32,000 nt of DNA from Rhodobacter capsulatus SB 1003 (GTDB lineage: Bacteria > Pseudomonadota > Alphaproteobacteria > Rhodobacterales > Rhodobacteraceae). The stretch is taken from positions 1,860,001 through 1,892,000 of the forward strand of contig NC_014034.1 of NCBI RefSeq assembly GCF_000021865.1, in the 5' to 3' direction. A program made the position numbers and the translations under genes. Below are positions 7,913 through 18,366 of the stretch, piece by piece. Position 1 is the first letter of the stretch; each line of letters opens with the position of its first letter. Below the pieces are notes generated by a model. That model did no database searches, was not told the origin of the DNA, and saw only the letters and a program-made list of their open reading frames with translations.

Positions 7913-8851
7913 TCAGCGCCGCGGCCAAGACAGGCTTGGGCGGTCAGGCCGAAATCGGTGCTGCCAGTCCGAGCCCGAAGGCCCGTCGAAGAAGCCATCG
8001 GCAAAGCGGCCGCCGGGCGCCTCGGGCAGAAGTTTCGCCACCAGATCGGCGGGCGAGACCTTGCCTGCCAGACGATCCGCATAGCCCTGGCAGAGCCCGT
8101 TGAAATCGCCCGTCTGCGGCGAAAGCCGCAGCGCCGACACCCCCGCCTCGGCCAAAGCCTCGGTGTAATAGGCGGCGCAGCCCGTCGCGGCCGAGAGCGT
8201 CTGCACCCCGTTCACCGAGAGGAACGCCTGACCGTCAAGCGTGTCGACCTCGCGCCCGTCGAGATCGGCGCCGCAGATGAACTGGCAATTGTCCTTGGCC
8301 CGGTCATGCAGCCGCGCATGATAGCAGCGTGCCGACATCGCCAAGGGCAGCCGCCCATGGCCCCAGACCTCGACCGCCACGCCCGCCTCCTTGCCCGCCT
8401 TGCACAGGGCCGCGATCGACTTCAAGGGCAGCTCCGGCGGCAGACAGATCCGCGTCGCCCCGCGCCGCGCCAGATAGGCAAGCGTGCCCTCGTTATAGAC
8501 GTTCACCAAGGGGCCAACCCAGAAGGGCGTGCCCTCGGGGAGGTTCTTCAACGCGGTGATGTCATTGATTTCGACCGGCAAACCCATGTCGAACAGGTCT
8601 TTCGTCTTCGCGCGTTCGCGGTTGAGCGTGATCAGGCCCAGCGTGGACAGCGCCACTTCCTTGCCCGCATCCTTCAGCGTCGAGACGATCAGCGGGATGT
8701 CATGTTCCCAAAACGGCAGCCGTTTCGAGCAGACCACCTCGCCCACCACGACGCGCGCCACCGGCGCCGCGCGCAGACGTTCGTAAAAGCCCCGCGTCGC
8801 ATCGGTGGTCCAGAAAAACAGGTTGGCACCAACCGTGAGGTCCATCGTCAT
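7913..8851 (-). CDS. ubiV: U32-family O2-independent ubiquinone hydroxylation protein UbiV
   Basis: Track ORF 7913..8881 trimmed to ATG 8851-8849 (MTMDLTVGANLFFW...), with GAGGA 7 nt upstream. One early Cys (VVCSKRLPF) plus C-X12-C-X3-C (CYHARLHDRAKDNCQFIC), as described for UbiV. Lies immediately downstream of ubiU. Confidence 0.85.
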   Translation of the reverse strand: MTMDLTVGANLFFWTTDATRGFYERLRAAPVARVVVGEVVCSKRLPFWEHDIPLIVSTLKDAGKEVALSTLGLITLNRERAKTKDLFDMGLPVEINDITALKNLPEGTPFWVGPLVNVYNEGTLAYLARRGATRICLPPELPLKSIAALCKAGKEAGVAVEVWGHGRLPLAMSARCYHARLHDRAKDNCQFICGADLDGREVDTLDGQAFLSVNGVQTLSAATGCAAYYTEALAEAGVSALRLSPQTGDFNGLCQGYADRLAGKVSPADLVAKLLPEAPGGRFADGFFDGPSGSDWQHRFRPDRPSLSWPRR

Positions 8852-8861
8852 CTTCAAATCC

Positions 8862-9842
8862 TCAACGCCAGGTCTTCGCATAGGCCCCGGCCGTGGCCTG
8901 CTGGCCCTCGGTCAGGCGGGCCAGTTCGGCCAGGGGCAGATCGCGGCCCTCGGCCAGAGCATCGGTCGCGGCGCGGAAGGCGCGCACGACCTCGGCCACA
9001 TAGGCGCGGGACCGCTGCCGCCCCTCGATCTTCAGCGCCGTCACCCCCGCCTTGGCCAGCGCCGGGATCAGGTGGCGGGCGTCAAGGCTCACCGGATCTT
9101 CGAAGACATGGCCGGTCTGTTCGCCCGAGGTGAAGCAGCCCTTGCAAAGCGTCGGATAGGGCGCGGGCTGGTCCTTGGGGGTGCGGTGGATGGTGAACCC
9201 GCCCAGCTTCGCCGCCAGATCCGGGCCTTCCTCGGCATAGACGACATGGCTTGCCGGGGAACAGACGCCGTTCATGTTCGGCGACAGGCCCGTGGCATAG
9301 GAGGAGAGCGCGCAGCGCCCCTCGGCCATCACGCAAAGACCGCCGAAAACAAAGGCTTCCGTCTCGACGTTGATTTCCTTGTTGATCGCGGCGATCTCCT
9401 GCACCGTCAGCACGCGCGGCAGGACAACCCGTTTCACGTCAAAGGTTTCGGCGTAGAAGTTGATCGCATCGGGGTTCGAGGCCGCCGCCTGCACCGACAG
9501 ATGCCGACGCAGCTTCGGGTGGTGCGTCGCGGCATAGTCCAAAAGCCCGATATCGGCGAGGATCACCGCATCGACGCCCGCGGCTTCGGCATCGGCCAGC
9601 CGCTGATGCCACAGCTTTTCCGCGCCCGCGCGCGGGAAGGTGTTGAGCGCCACCAGCACCTTGGCGCCGCGCTTGTGGGCCCCGGCCACGGCGGCGGTCA
9701 GTTCCTCGGTCGAGAAGTTCAGCCCCGGGAAATTGCGCGCGTTCGTCTCGTCCGAGAACCCGCAATAGACGGCATGCGCCCCCGCCTCGACCGCGGCGCG
9801 CAGGGCGGCCGGGGTGCCCGCGGGGCAAACAAGTTCCATCAT
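8862..9842 (-). CDS. ubiU: U32-family O2-independent ubiquinone hydroxylation protein UbiU
   Basis: MMELVCPAGTPAALRAAVEAGAHAVYCGF... Cys spacing counted in the sequence is C-X6-C-X16-C-X38-C (LCVMAEGRC...NGVC...TLC). This equals the Fe-S ligand spacing I recall for E. coli UbiU (C169/C176/C193/C232). ATGA overlap with the ubiT stop. Confidence 0.9.
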   Translation of the reverse strand: MMELVCPAGTPAALRAAVEAGAHAVYCGFSDETNARNFPGLNFSTEELTAAVAGAHKRGAKVLVALNTFPRAGAEKLWHQRLADAEAAGVDAVILADIGLLDYAATHHPKLRRHLSVQAAASNPDAINFYAETFDVKRVVLPRVLTVQEIAAINKEINVETEAFVFGGLCVMAEGRCALSSYATGLSPNMNGVCSPASHVVYAEEGPDLAAKLGGFTIHRTPKDQPAPYPTLCKGCFTSGEQTGHVFEDPVSLDARHLIPALAKAGVTALKIEGRQRSRAYVAEVVRAFRAATDALAEGRDLPLAELARLTEGQQATAGAYAKTWR

Positions 9843-10387
9843 GTCCAGTCTCCTGCCAGCGTATCGACGCGGTGCAGCACCACGCCCGAGCCCTTTTCGG
9901 CGAGGCTCACCGCCTGTTGAACGAAGGGTTTCAGCGGGCCTGCCATCTCGGCCAGTTCGGCGGCAAGGTCAAGCTCCGCATCGTCGATCGCATTGCGCAG
10001 CGCGACCACGGCCGAGGTGTCGCCCTCGACCACCAGATCGCGCGAAAAGAACAGCGCATCGCCATCATAGGCGCCATGCATCATGCCCAGAAACGCCGCG
10101 ATCGGCCCGGCAATCCGCGCCTCGGCCATCGGCGGGCGGCGATGCGCGCTGACTTTCACGCCCCCCGCGCGCAGATCCAGAAGCAGCAGAAAGGGCAGAT
10201 CGGTCGGGTCCAGCAGGAAGCGGCATTCGCGATAGTGCCCCAGCCGGGCGAAGAGCCCGGGGTGGCGTGTGGCAATCCGTCGCGCCAGCATCGACAGCGT
10301 CACCGAGAGCGGTGCCAGCGGCAGGGGCCGCATCGCCCGTCCCATCAAGCTGGGCAGGCGGGGAATCGTCTGGTCATGGTCGGACAT
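9839..10387 (-). CDS. ubiT: SCP2-domain lipid-binding accessory protein UbiT
   Basis: 182 aa with an SCP2-like C-terminal half (GDALFFSRDLVVEGDTSAVVALRNAIDD). AAGGAG lies 4 nt upstream of ATG 10387-10385. First gene of the overlapping ubiT-ubiU-ubiV string. Confidence 0.75.
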   Translation of the reverse strand: MSDHDQTIPRLPSLMGRAMRPLPLAPLSVTLSMLARRIATRHPGLFARLGHYRECRFLLDPTDLPFLLLLDLRAGGVKVSAHRRPPMAEARIAGPIAAFLGMMHGAYDGDALFFSRDLVVEGDTSAVVALRNAIDDAELDLAAELAEMAGPLKPFVQQAVSLAEKGSGVVLHRVDTLAGDWT

Positions 10388-10459
10388 GGCGCTCCTTTCG
10401 TCGGGCGGATGGCCCCTCCGCTAGATGGGCTGCTTTAACGCGGCTCACAATGCGGCAAC

Positions 10460-10473
10460 TTGATCAATATCAA
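10460..10473. promoter_or_regulatory. Perfect FNR/FnrL-type box TTGAT-CAAT-ATCAA in the ubiT/ubiD divergent intergenic region
   Basis: Exact match to the TTGAT-N4-ATCAA consensus. The centre (10466.5) sits 41.5 nt from plausible transcription starts on both sides (about 10508 for ubiD, about 10425 for ubiT). Both positions leave the Shine-Dalgarno sequences inside the leaders. Confidence 0.65.
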
Positions 10474-10525
10474 ACCTCTCTTTAACCGGGGATGCTAGCG
10501 GACCCAAGACCTTCCGGAGGACCCC

Positions 10526-12037
10526 ATGCGCAGCCTGCCCGTTTTCACCGATCTGCGGTCCTTTCTTGACTGGACGAAATCGAAGGGCGATCTGCGCGCG
10601 ATCCCCGAGCCCGTCGCGACCGATCTGCAGATGTCCGCCGTGCACCGCGCGGTCCTGGAACAAGGCGGGCCGGTGCTTCGGTTTGATGCGCCGGTGCTGC
10701 CCTCGGGGGCGCGGTCGGCGATTCCGGTGGTGACCAATCTTTTCGGCACCACCGACCGGGTGGCGGCGGGGCTGGGGCTGCGGCTCGATCAGGTGCCGGA
10801 ACTCGGGCAGTTTCTGGCCGATCTGAAATCCCCCGCCCCGGTCGAGGGGATGCGCGATGCCTTCAGCCGCCTGCCGATGCTGAAGGCGGCGCTCTCGACG
10901 CGGGTCAATGTCTCGAAGAAAGGCCCGGTGCAGGATGTGGTACTGGAGCCGGGCAAGGGTCTGAACCTTGAGGACGTGCCGGTGCAGAAGCTTTGGCCCG
11001 GCGATGGCGGGCGGCTCTTCACCTGGCCTGTCGTGATCACGCGGCCCCATGGCACGGCGGCCGATGCGGTGATGAGCTACAATCTGGGCATCTATCGCGC
11101 CCAGCTGCATGGGCCGGAAAGCATCATCATGCGCTGGCTGGCGCATCGCGGCGGGGCGGCGCATCACCGGACCTGGCTTGCCGCGGGGCAGCCGATGCCG
11201 GTCGCCATGGTTCTGGGCGCCGATCCGGCGACGCTGCTCTCCGCCGCGCTGCCCCTGCCCGAACAGGTCTCGGAACTGACCTTCTCGGGCGTGCTGCGCG
11301 GCGCCCGCAGCCATCTGGTGCCCGCGAAAACCGTGCCGCTGATGGTGCCTGCCGAGGCCGAAATGGTGATCGAGGGCTGGATTCACCCGAATGACACCGC
11401 GCCCGAGGGCCCCTTTGGCGATCACACCGGCTATTACAACTCGGTCGAGCCTTTCCCGGTGCTGCGCGTCTCGGCGCTGACCCATCGCAAGGACCCGATT
11501 TACCTCTCGACCTATACCGGCCGCCCGCCGGACGAGCCCGCGATCATCGGCGAGGTGTTCAACCAGCTCGCCATGCCGGTCTTCCGCCAGCAGATCCCGG
11601 AGATCCGCGATCTCTTCCTGCCGCCCGCCGCCTGTTCCTATCGCATCGCGGTGGTGCAGATCGCCAAGCGCTACCCCGGTCAGGCGAAGCGGGTGATGAT
11701 GGCGCTTTGGGGGATGCTCGCCCAGTTCAGCTATACGAAGATGATCATCGTCGTCGATGAAGACATCGACCCGCGCAACTGGGATGACATCGCCTGGGCG
11801 ATGGCGACGCGGATGGATCCGGCGCGCGATACCGTCATTCTGGACCGCACGCCGATGGATTATCTTGACTTCGCCTCGCCCCTCGAAGGGCTGGCGGGCA
11901 AGATCGGCATCGATGCGACGAACAAGATCGGCACGGAAACCACGCGCGAATGGGGCACGGTGATGAAGATGCGCCCCGAGGATACGGCCTTCGCCGAGAC
12001 GCTGCTGAAGCGCCATTTCCCCGGCGGTGTGAAATGA
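10526..12037 (+). CDS. ubiD: UbiD-family prenyl-FMN-dependent 4-hydroxy-3-polyprenylbenzoate decarboxylase
   Basis: 503 aa with the conserved EGPFGDHTGYYN block. GGAGGA lies 4 nt upstream of the ATG. ATGA overlap with ubiX. Confidence 0.9.
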   Translation: MRSLPVFTDLRSFLDWTKSKGDLRAIPEPVATDLQMSAVHRAVLEQGGPVLRFDAPVLPSGARSAIPVVTNLFGTTDRVAAGLGLRLDQVPELGQFLADLKSPAPVEGMRDAFSRLPMLKAALSTRVNVSKKGPVQDVVLEPGKGLNLEDVPVQKLWPGDGGRLFTWPVVITRPHGTAADAVMSYNLGIYRAQLHGPESIIMRWLAHRGGAAHHRTWLAAGQPMPVAMVLGADPATLLSAALPLPEQVSELTFSGVLRGARSHLVPAKTVPLMVPAEAEMVIEGWIHPNDTAPEGPFGDHTGYYNSVEPFPVLRVSALTHRKDPIYLSTYTGRPPDEPAIIGEVFNQLAMPVFRQQIPEIRDLFLPPAACSYRIAVVQIAKRYPGQAKRVMMALWGMLAQFSYTKMIIVVDEDIDPRNWDDIAWAMATRMDPARDTVILDRTPMDYLDFASPLEGLAGKIGIDATNKIGTETTREWGTVMKMRPEDTAFAETLLKRHFPGGVK

Positions 12038-12603
12038 GTGCCCGCGTTGTCTTGGGCGTTTCCGGTGCCTCCGGCGCGCTTTTGGCGCTCGCCGTGGCCG
12101 AGGCGCTGGTCAGGGTCGGGGCGGACATCGATCTGGTGGTGTCGTCCGCCGCGAAGCTGACCTTTGCGACCGAGGCCGACATGGGCGCGCTCGAGCGGCT
12201 GCAGGGGATGGCGGCGCATCACCATGCGATCGGCAATGTCGGTGCGGCGATTGCGTCCGGCTCATGCCCCGTCGCGGGGATGATCGTCGCGCCCTGTTCG
12301 ATGCGCTCGCTTGCCGCCGTTGCCCATGGGCTGGATGACAATCTGCTGACGCGCGCGGCCTCGGTGCAGCTGAAGGAACGCCGTCCCTTGATCCTGCTCG
12401 CGCGGGAAGCGCCGCTGACGCTGGCGCATCTGCGCAACATGACGGCGGTGACGGAAATGGGCGGCATCATCCTGCCGCCCGTGCCTGCCTTTTATCTGAA
12501 ACCCCAGACCGCCGAGGAGATCGCGACGCAGATCGGGGCAAGGGCCGTCGATCTGCTCCGCCTCGGTCCGGCGCAGGCTCAGGCCTGGTCGCCTTCGCCC
12601 TGA
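12034..12603 (+). CDS. ubiX: Flavin prenyltransferase UbiX
   Basis: Track ORF 11950..12603 trimmed to ATG 12034, which overlaps the ubiD TGA. Sequence MSARVVLGVSGASGALLA..., APCSMRSLAAVAHGLDDNLLTRAASVQLKERRPLILLAREAPL. Confidence 0.9.
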   Translation: MSARVVLGVSGASGALLALAVAEALVRVGADIDLVVSSAAKLTFATEADMGALERLQGMAAHHHAIGNVGAAIASGSCPVAGMIVAPCSMRSLAAVAHGLDDNLLTRAASVQLKERRPLILLAREAPLTLAHLRNMTAVTEMGGIILPPVPAFYLKPQTAEEIATQIGARAVDLLRLGPAQAQAWSPSP

Positions 12604-13778
12604 ACCGGGATCTTCGGGCCGTGGCCCAAGGGCCGCGCCCCCGGCGTGCCGGGTTGCAGCTTTTCGCCGCTCAGCGCGGGCCAGAGCCCCGCCAGCATCG
12701 CCGCATACCCCGCCACGAAAAGACCGGCCGAGGCGATCAGCCCGATCTGCATTTCGCCAAAGGCGCGCAGCAAGGTCGCCGCGATCAGCAACAGCCCCGC
12801 GGCCTTGAGCGGCGCCGTCGCCACCGACCGGCGCCCCGATTGCCCAAGGCTCATCTTGATCATCACCGCCGAGGACAGCCCCGCGACGGCGCCGATCGCC
12901 AGCAGATGCACGGCGCCCGGATAGATCTCCATCGCCATCACCCCGGCCATGCCCATCGCATAAAGCCCGGTGCCAAGGCACAGAAAGCCGATGTGAAAGC
13001 CCGAGAGCAGCGCATCATGCTTGAAGGCCCAGCCATTGCGAAAGCCCATGGCGCGGAACAGGTTCGTCGCCCCGGCGAGCACCAGCACGGCACCAAAGGC
13101 GCGTGGCGGCAGGAAGGCCGCAGGCACGCAAAAGGCGGTGAAGATCGGCCCCCAGGTGTCCAGCCCGCTTGGCCGCGGCAGCGCGGTCTCGCCCTTGTGC
13201 ACCATGGCGTTGCGGGTCAGCCCCGCGGTCAGCTTGCCGCCAAAGGCCGCGTTCATCGTGGCACAGGCCATCAGCCCCGCCATCGCGCCCTTGGGCGCAA
13301 GGCCCGGCGCAACCCCCATCCAGTCCAGATGCATGATCAGGTCGGAGACCCAATGCAACAGGAAGATGCCCAGATAAGAAAGCGTCTCCAGCTTCTTCAG
13401 CCGCGCCACGGGCCAGGCCATCTTCGCCATCACCAGAACGCCGAAGCCCAGATCGATCAGCGCAACGACGGGCGCGGGGAGGAAGGCCGAAAAGGCGATC
13501 GCCAGCCGCCCGGCCAGCCAGAGCCCGGCCAGCATCGGAAAATAGATCCCCCGCAGCGCTTTCGGCGCCGAGGCGAGGAAGATCCCCGCCAGCACCGCGC
13601 CGCCATAGCCGAAGATCATTTCATGCGCATGCCAGTCGACGGGCATCGCGCGGGTGGGCAGCAGATCCCCGGTCAGCCCGGCGGCGATCCAGTGGCCCCA
13701 AAGCGCCATCGCCACGATGGCAAAGAGGATCGCGGCAAGATAGAAGGTGCGGTGACCTTCGCGGAAGATGCGGGACAT
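12579..13778 (-). CDS. nnrS: NnrS-family heme-copper membrane protein (NO-stress associated)
   Basis: Track ORF trimmed to ATG 13778-13776 (MSRIFREGHRTFYLAAILFA...), with AAGGAGG 4 nt upstream. Polytopic membrane protein carrying the family motif WHAHEMIFGYGG. Its 3' end overlaps the ubiX 3' end by 25 nt (convergent). Confidence 0.85.
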   Translation of the reverse strand: MSRIFREGHRTFYLAAILFAIVAMALWGHWIAAGLTGDLLPTRAMPVDWHAHEMIFGYGGAVLAGIFLASAPKALRGIYFPMLAGLWLAGRLAIAFSAFLPAPVVALIDLGFGVLVMAKMAWPVARLKKLETLSYLGIFLLHWVSDLIMHLDWMGVAPGLAPKGAMAGLMACATMNAAFGGKLTAGLTRNAMVHKGETALPRPSGLDTWGPIFTAFCVPAAFLPPRAFGAVLVLAGATNLFRAMGFRNGWAFKHDALLSGFHIGFLCLGTGLYAMGMAGVMAMEIYPGAVHLLAIGAVAGLSSAVMIKMSLGQSGRRSVATAPLKAAGLLLIAATLLRAFGEMQIGLIASAGLFVAGYAAMLAGLWPALSGEKLQPGTPGARPLGHGPKIPVQGEGDQA

Positions 13779-13816
13779 GGGGCCTCCTTGGTCTTTGGCC
13801 TTTCCTGCCTGCACCT

Positions 13817-13830
13817 TTGCGGTTTCGCAA
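13817..13830. promoter_or_regulatory. Perfect TTGCG-GTTT-CGCAA dyad (NnrR/Dnr-type CRP-FNR family box) between nnrS and the acyltransferase gene
   Basis: Exact 5+4+5 palindrome read in the sequence. TTGCG-N4-CGCAA is the box I recall for NnrR-dependent promoters (nirK, nor, nnrS) in Rhodobacter sphaeroides 2.4.3. Confidence 0.55.
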
Positions 13831-13934
13831 GCCCCCGGGCAGGCGGCACGTTGGCTCACCCGGGTCTTGATGGCGGGCCTTGATCCGCGGCGGCGGCGGC
13901 GCTAGGGCAGGGGGATCACAGCTTCGAGAGCCGC

Positions 13935-14888
13935 ATGACCGCCACCGCCGCCAAGACGCAACGCCTGTTCGGGCTGGATCTGCTGAAACTCTTTCTGGCG
14001 CTTCTGGTGGTGACGATCCATGCCAACCCGTTTCGCGGCGTCAGCGACGAGGCGATGTGGGCGCTTGGCAATGGTCTGGCGCGGATCGGGGTTCCGGCGT
14101 TTTTCGTCGTCGCGGGCTACACCTTCCGTCCCGAGGTGCCGGGGCGCTCGGTCAAGCTGATGGGGCGCTATCTGAAGCTGCATTTCCTCTGGCTGGCGAT
14201 CTATCTGCCCGCCTGGTGGCAGACGGTCTGGGACCACGGGCTGATCGAATATGCGAAATTCTGGGTCTTCGGCTATTGGCATCTGTGGTTTCTGGTCGGC
14301 CTGGCGATCGCGGTGGGGCTGTCGCAGCTGGTCTGGCGGCTTTCCGACCGGGCGATCTGGGCGATTGCGATTGCGGTGCTCTTGGCGGGCTTCGCGCTGC
14401 AATGGGCGATCGGCTTCTATCTGTTGCCGCGCGGCTTCTGGCCGGATGCGAAGAACGGCGTCTTGATGGGCTTTCCGTTCTATCTGATCGGCTACATGAG
14501 CCGCCGCAGCGGGCTGGTGGCGCGCATTCCCCTGCGGGTGGCGTTCTGGGGCGCGCTGATCGGGCTTGTGTCGGTCGTGGGGGAATCCGAGCTGATGAAG
14601 GCGCTTGGCGGCGCGCATCCGCTGGCGCCCGAGACGCTTTTGACCGCCGCCGTCACCGGGCCGCTTCTGGTGGCGCTTGGCGTCAAGGCGCGGGGCTTTC
14701 CCGACTGGCTCACGCGGTGGCCCGTGGGCACGCTCTCGGCCGGGATCTATTTCATCCATGTGGGGATCGTGATCTGGCTCAACCACTACAGCTTGCCGCG
14801 GGTCGAGGTCTACCTCATCGCCGTCACCGGGGCCGCGCTGATCACGCTGGGGCTGATCCGCACCGGGCTGGACAAGAAGCTGTTCTGA
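13935..14888 (+). CDS. Acyltransferase-3 family integral membrane protein
   Basis: 317 aa and multi-TM. N-terminal family motif QRLFGLDLLKLFLALLVVTIHAN. Substrate unknown. Confidence 0.8.
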   Translation: MTATAAKTQRLFGLDLLKLFLALLVVTIHANPFRGVSDEAMWALGNGLARIGVPAFFVVAGYTFRPEVPGRSVKLMGRYLKLHFLWLAIYLPAWWQTVWDHGLIEYAKFWVFGYWHLWFLVGLAIAVGLSQLVWRLSDRAIWAIAIAVLLAGFALQWAIGFYLLPRGFWPDAKNGVLMGFPFYLIGYMSRRSGLVARIPLRVAFWGALIGLVSVVGESELMKALGGAHPLAPETLLTAAVTGPLLVALGVKARGFPDWLTRWPVGTLSAGIYFIHVGIVIWLNHYSLPRVEVYLIAVTGAALITLGLIRTGLDKKLF

Positions 14889-15085
14889 GGGGGGCGTCGG
14901 GCGGATCAGGAAAGGCACCGCCTTTCCCCGCCCGTTTCGATCCCGTTGCGGCATGACCGCATCCCCAGGCGCAACAGAGGGCGGCGCCTGCCCCGGCGGG
15001 CGAGAAGCGCCCGCCATGGGCGGGGCGGGCGCTGCCCGAGTGCTTTGGGCACTCGGGGGTCACTGCGCAGATGTGCCGCATGACC
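14885..15085. repeat. Copy B of the structured intergenic repeat (partner at 7694..7909)
   Basis: Same orientation as copy A. Hairpins at 14898-14934, 14995-15015 and 15035-15057. The left end includes the acyltransferase stop codon (ctgagggggg). Confidence 0.8.
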
Positions 15086-15127
15086 TCGGCGATGGCCTCG
15101 GTCAGATTTGACCCGAACCCGCCGACC

Positions 15128-16042
15128 TCACGCCTCCCGCGCCCGGTCCCGCAGAGCGGTGCCGATCCTGGCGATCACCGCCGCCACCTCGGTCAACTGT
15201 TCCGCAAGCGGCGAGGAGCGGCGCCACACCAGCCCCACCCGCCGCGCGGGCGCAGGCGCGGCCAGACGTGCCACCGACACCGCGGCCGAACGCGTCTCGA
15301 CCGGCAGCGCGATCTCGGGCAACAGCGTCACCCCGATCCCCGCGCCGACCATCTGCGTCAGCGTGGCCAGCGACGACCCCTCCATCACCGTGCGCGGGGT
15401 CACGCCGCCCACCTTGCAAAATTCCAGCGCCTGATCGCGGAAGCAATGCCCCTCTTCCAGCAGCAAAAGCCGCATCTGCGGCAGCGCCTCGGCCGAGGGC
15501 ACGGGCTTGCCCGCCTCGGTCGCCGGTCGCACCAGCACGAAATCCTCGGTGAAAAGCGGCACCTCGGCCAGCGACGGCTCCGAGACCGGCAGGGCCAGGA
15601 TCGCCGCATCCAGCTGCGCCTCGGTCAGCGCCGCGATCAGCTTGCCCGTCACCGCCTCGCGCGGGGCGACGTCAAGCCCCGGGTGGCTCTGCACAAGCCC
15701 CGCGACCAGGCCGGGCAGAAGATAGGGTGCAATCGTCGGAATGACCCCCAGCCGCAGCCGCCCCGAAAGCGGCCCCTGCGCGGCGCGGGCCAGATCGGAG
15801 AGCTCGTCCACCCCGCGCAGGATCGCCCGCACCCGCGGCACCATCGCCGCGCCCAGCGCCGTCAGATGCACCTGCCGCGGCCCGCGCTCGAACAGCGCCG
15901 CGCCCATCGTCTCCTCCATCTCGCGGATCTGCACCGAAAGCGCGGGCTGCGAAATCGCGCAATCCTCGGCGGCGCGGCCGAAATGGCCCGTCCGCGCCAG
16001 CGCGTCGAAATAGCGAAGCTGTTTCATCGAGAGGTTTATCAT
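15128..16042 (-). CDS. oxyR: LysR-family peroxide-sensing transcriptional regulator OxyR
   Basis: HTH region MKQLRYFDALARTGHFGRAAEDCAISQPALSVQIREMEE. Redox cysteine pair HCFRDQALEFC (C-X8-C, as C199/C208 of E. coli OxyR). Divergent from katG. The start could be M1 (16042) or M6 (16027). Confidence 0.85.
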   Translation of the reverse strand: MINLSMKQLRYFDALARTGHFGRAAEDCAISQPALSVQIREMEETMGAALFERGPRQVHLTALGAAMVPRVRAILRGVDELSDLARAAQGPLSGRLRLGVIPTIAPYLLPGLVAGLVQSHPGLDVAPREAVTGKLIAALTEAQLDAAILALPVSEPSLAEVPLFTEDFVLVRPATEAGKPVPSAEALPQMRLLLLEEGHCFRDQALEFCKVGGVTPRTVMEGSSLATLTQMVGAGIGVTLLPEIALPVETRSAAVSVARLAAPAPARRVGLVWRRSSPLAEQLTEVAAVIARIGTALRDRAREA

Positions 16043-18309
<2,267 letters not shown>

Positions 18310-18336
18310 GCCCCCCGAAGGCCGGTCGCAGATCCG

Positions 18337-18366
18337 AAAGGCCCCGCAGCGTGCGGGGCCTTTTGC
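18337..18366 (+). terminator. Rho-independent terminator of katG
   Basis: aaaggccccgca-gcg-tgcggggccttt stem-loop followed by a T run. Confidence 0.8.

Noticed and set aside
7635-7928. 97-aa minus-strand ORF in the intergenic repeat, and its look-alike at 14842..15081 (79 aa)
   Set aside because: The peptide similarity is explained by the DNA repeat. Differences between copies are compensatory in stems, and there are frame-shifting -2/+2 indels. Neither ORF has a Shine-Dalgarno sequence.
4070-9920. Long + strand ORFs (4070..6079, 5889..7697, 7757..9133, 8805..9920 and smaller ones) opposite nifJ, the gltD-like gene and ubiVU
   Set aside because: Their translations are Arg/Gly/Pro/Ala-rich and low-complexity, with no recognisable motifs. 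The opposite strand encodes full-length proteins of clearly recognisable families with Shine-Dalgarno sequences. These are typical mirror ORFs of GC3-rich genes.
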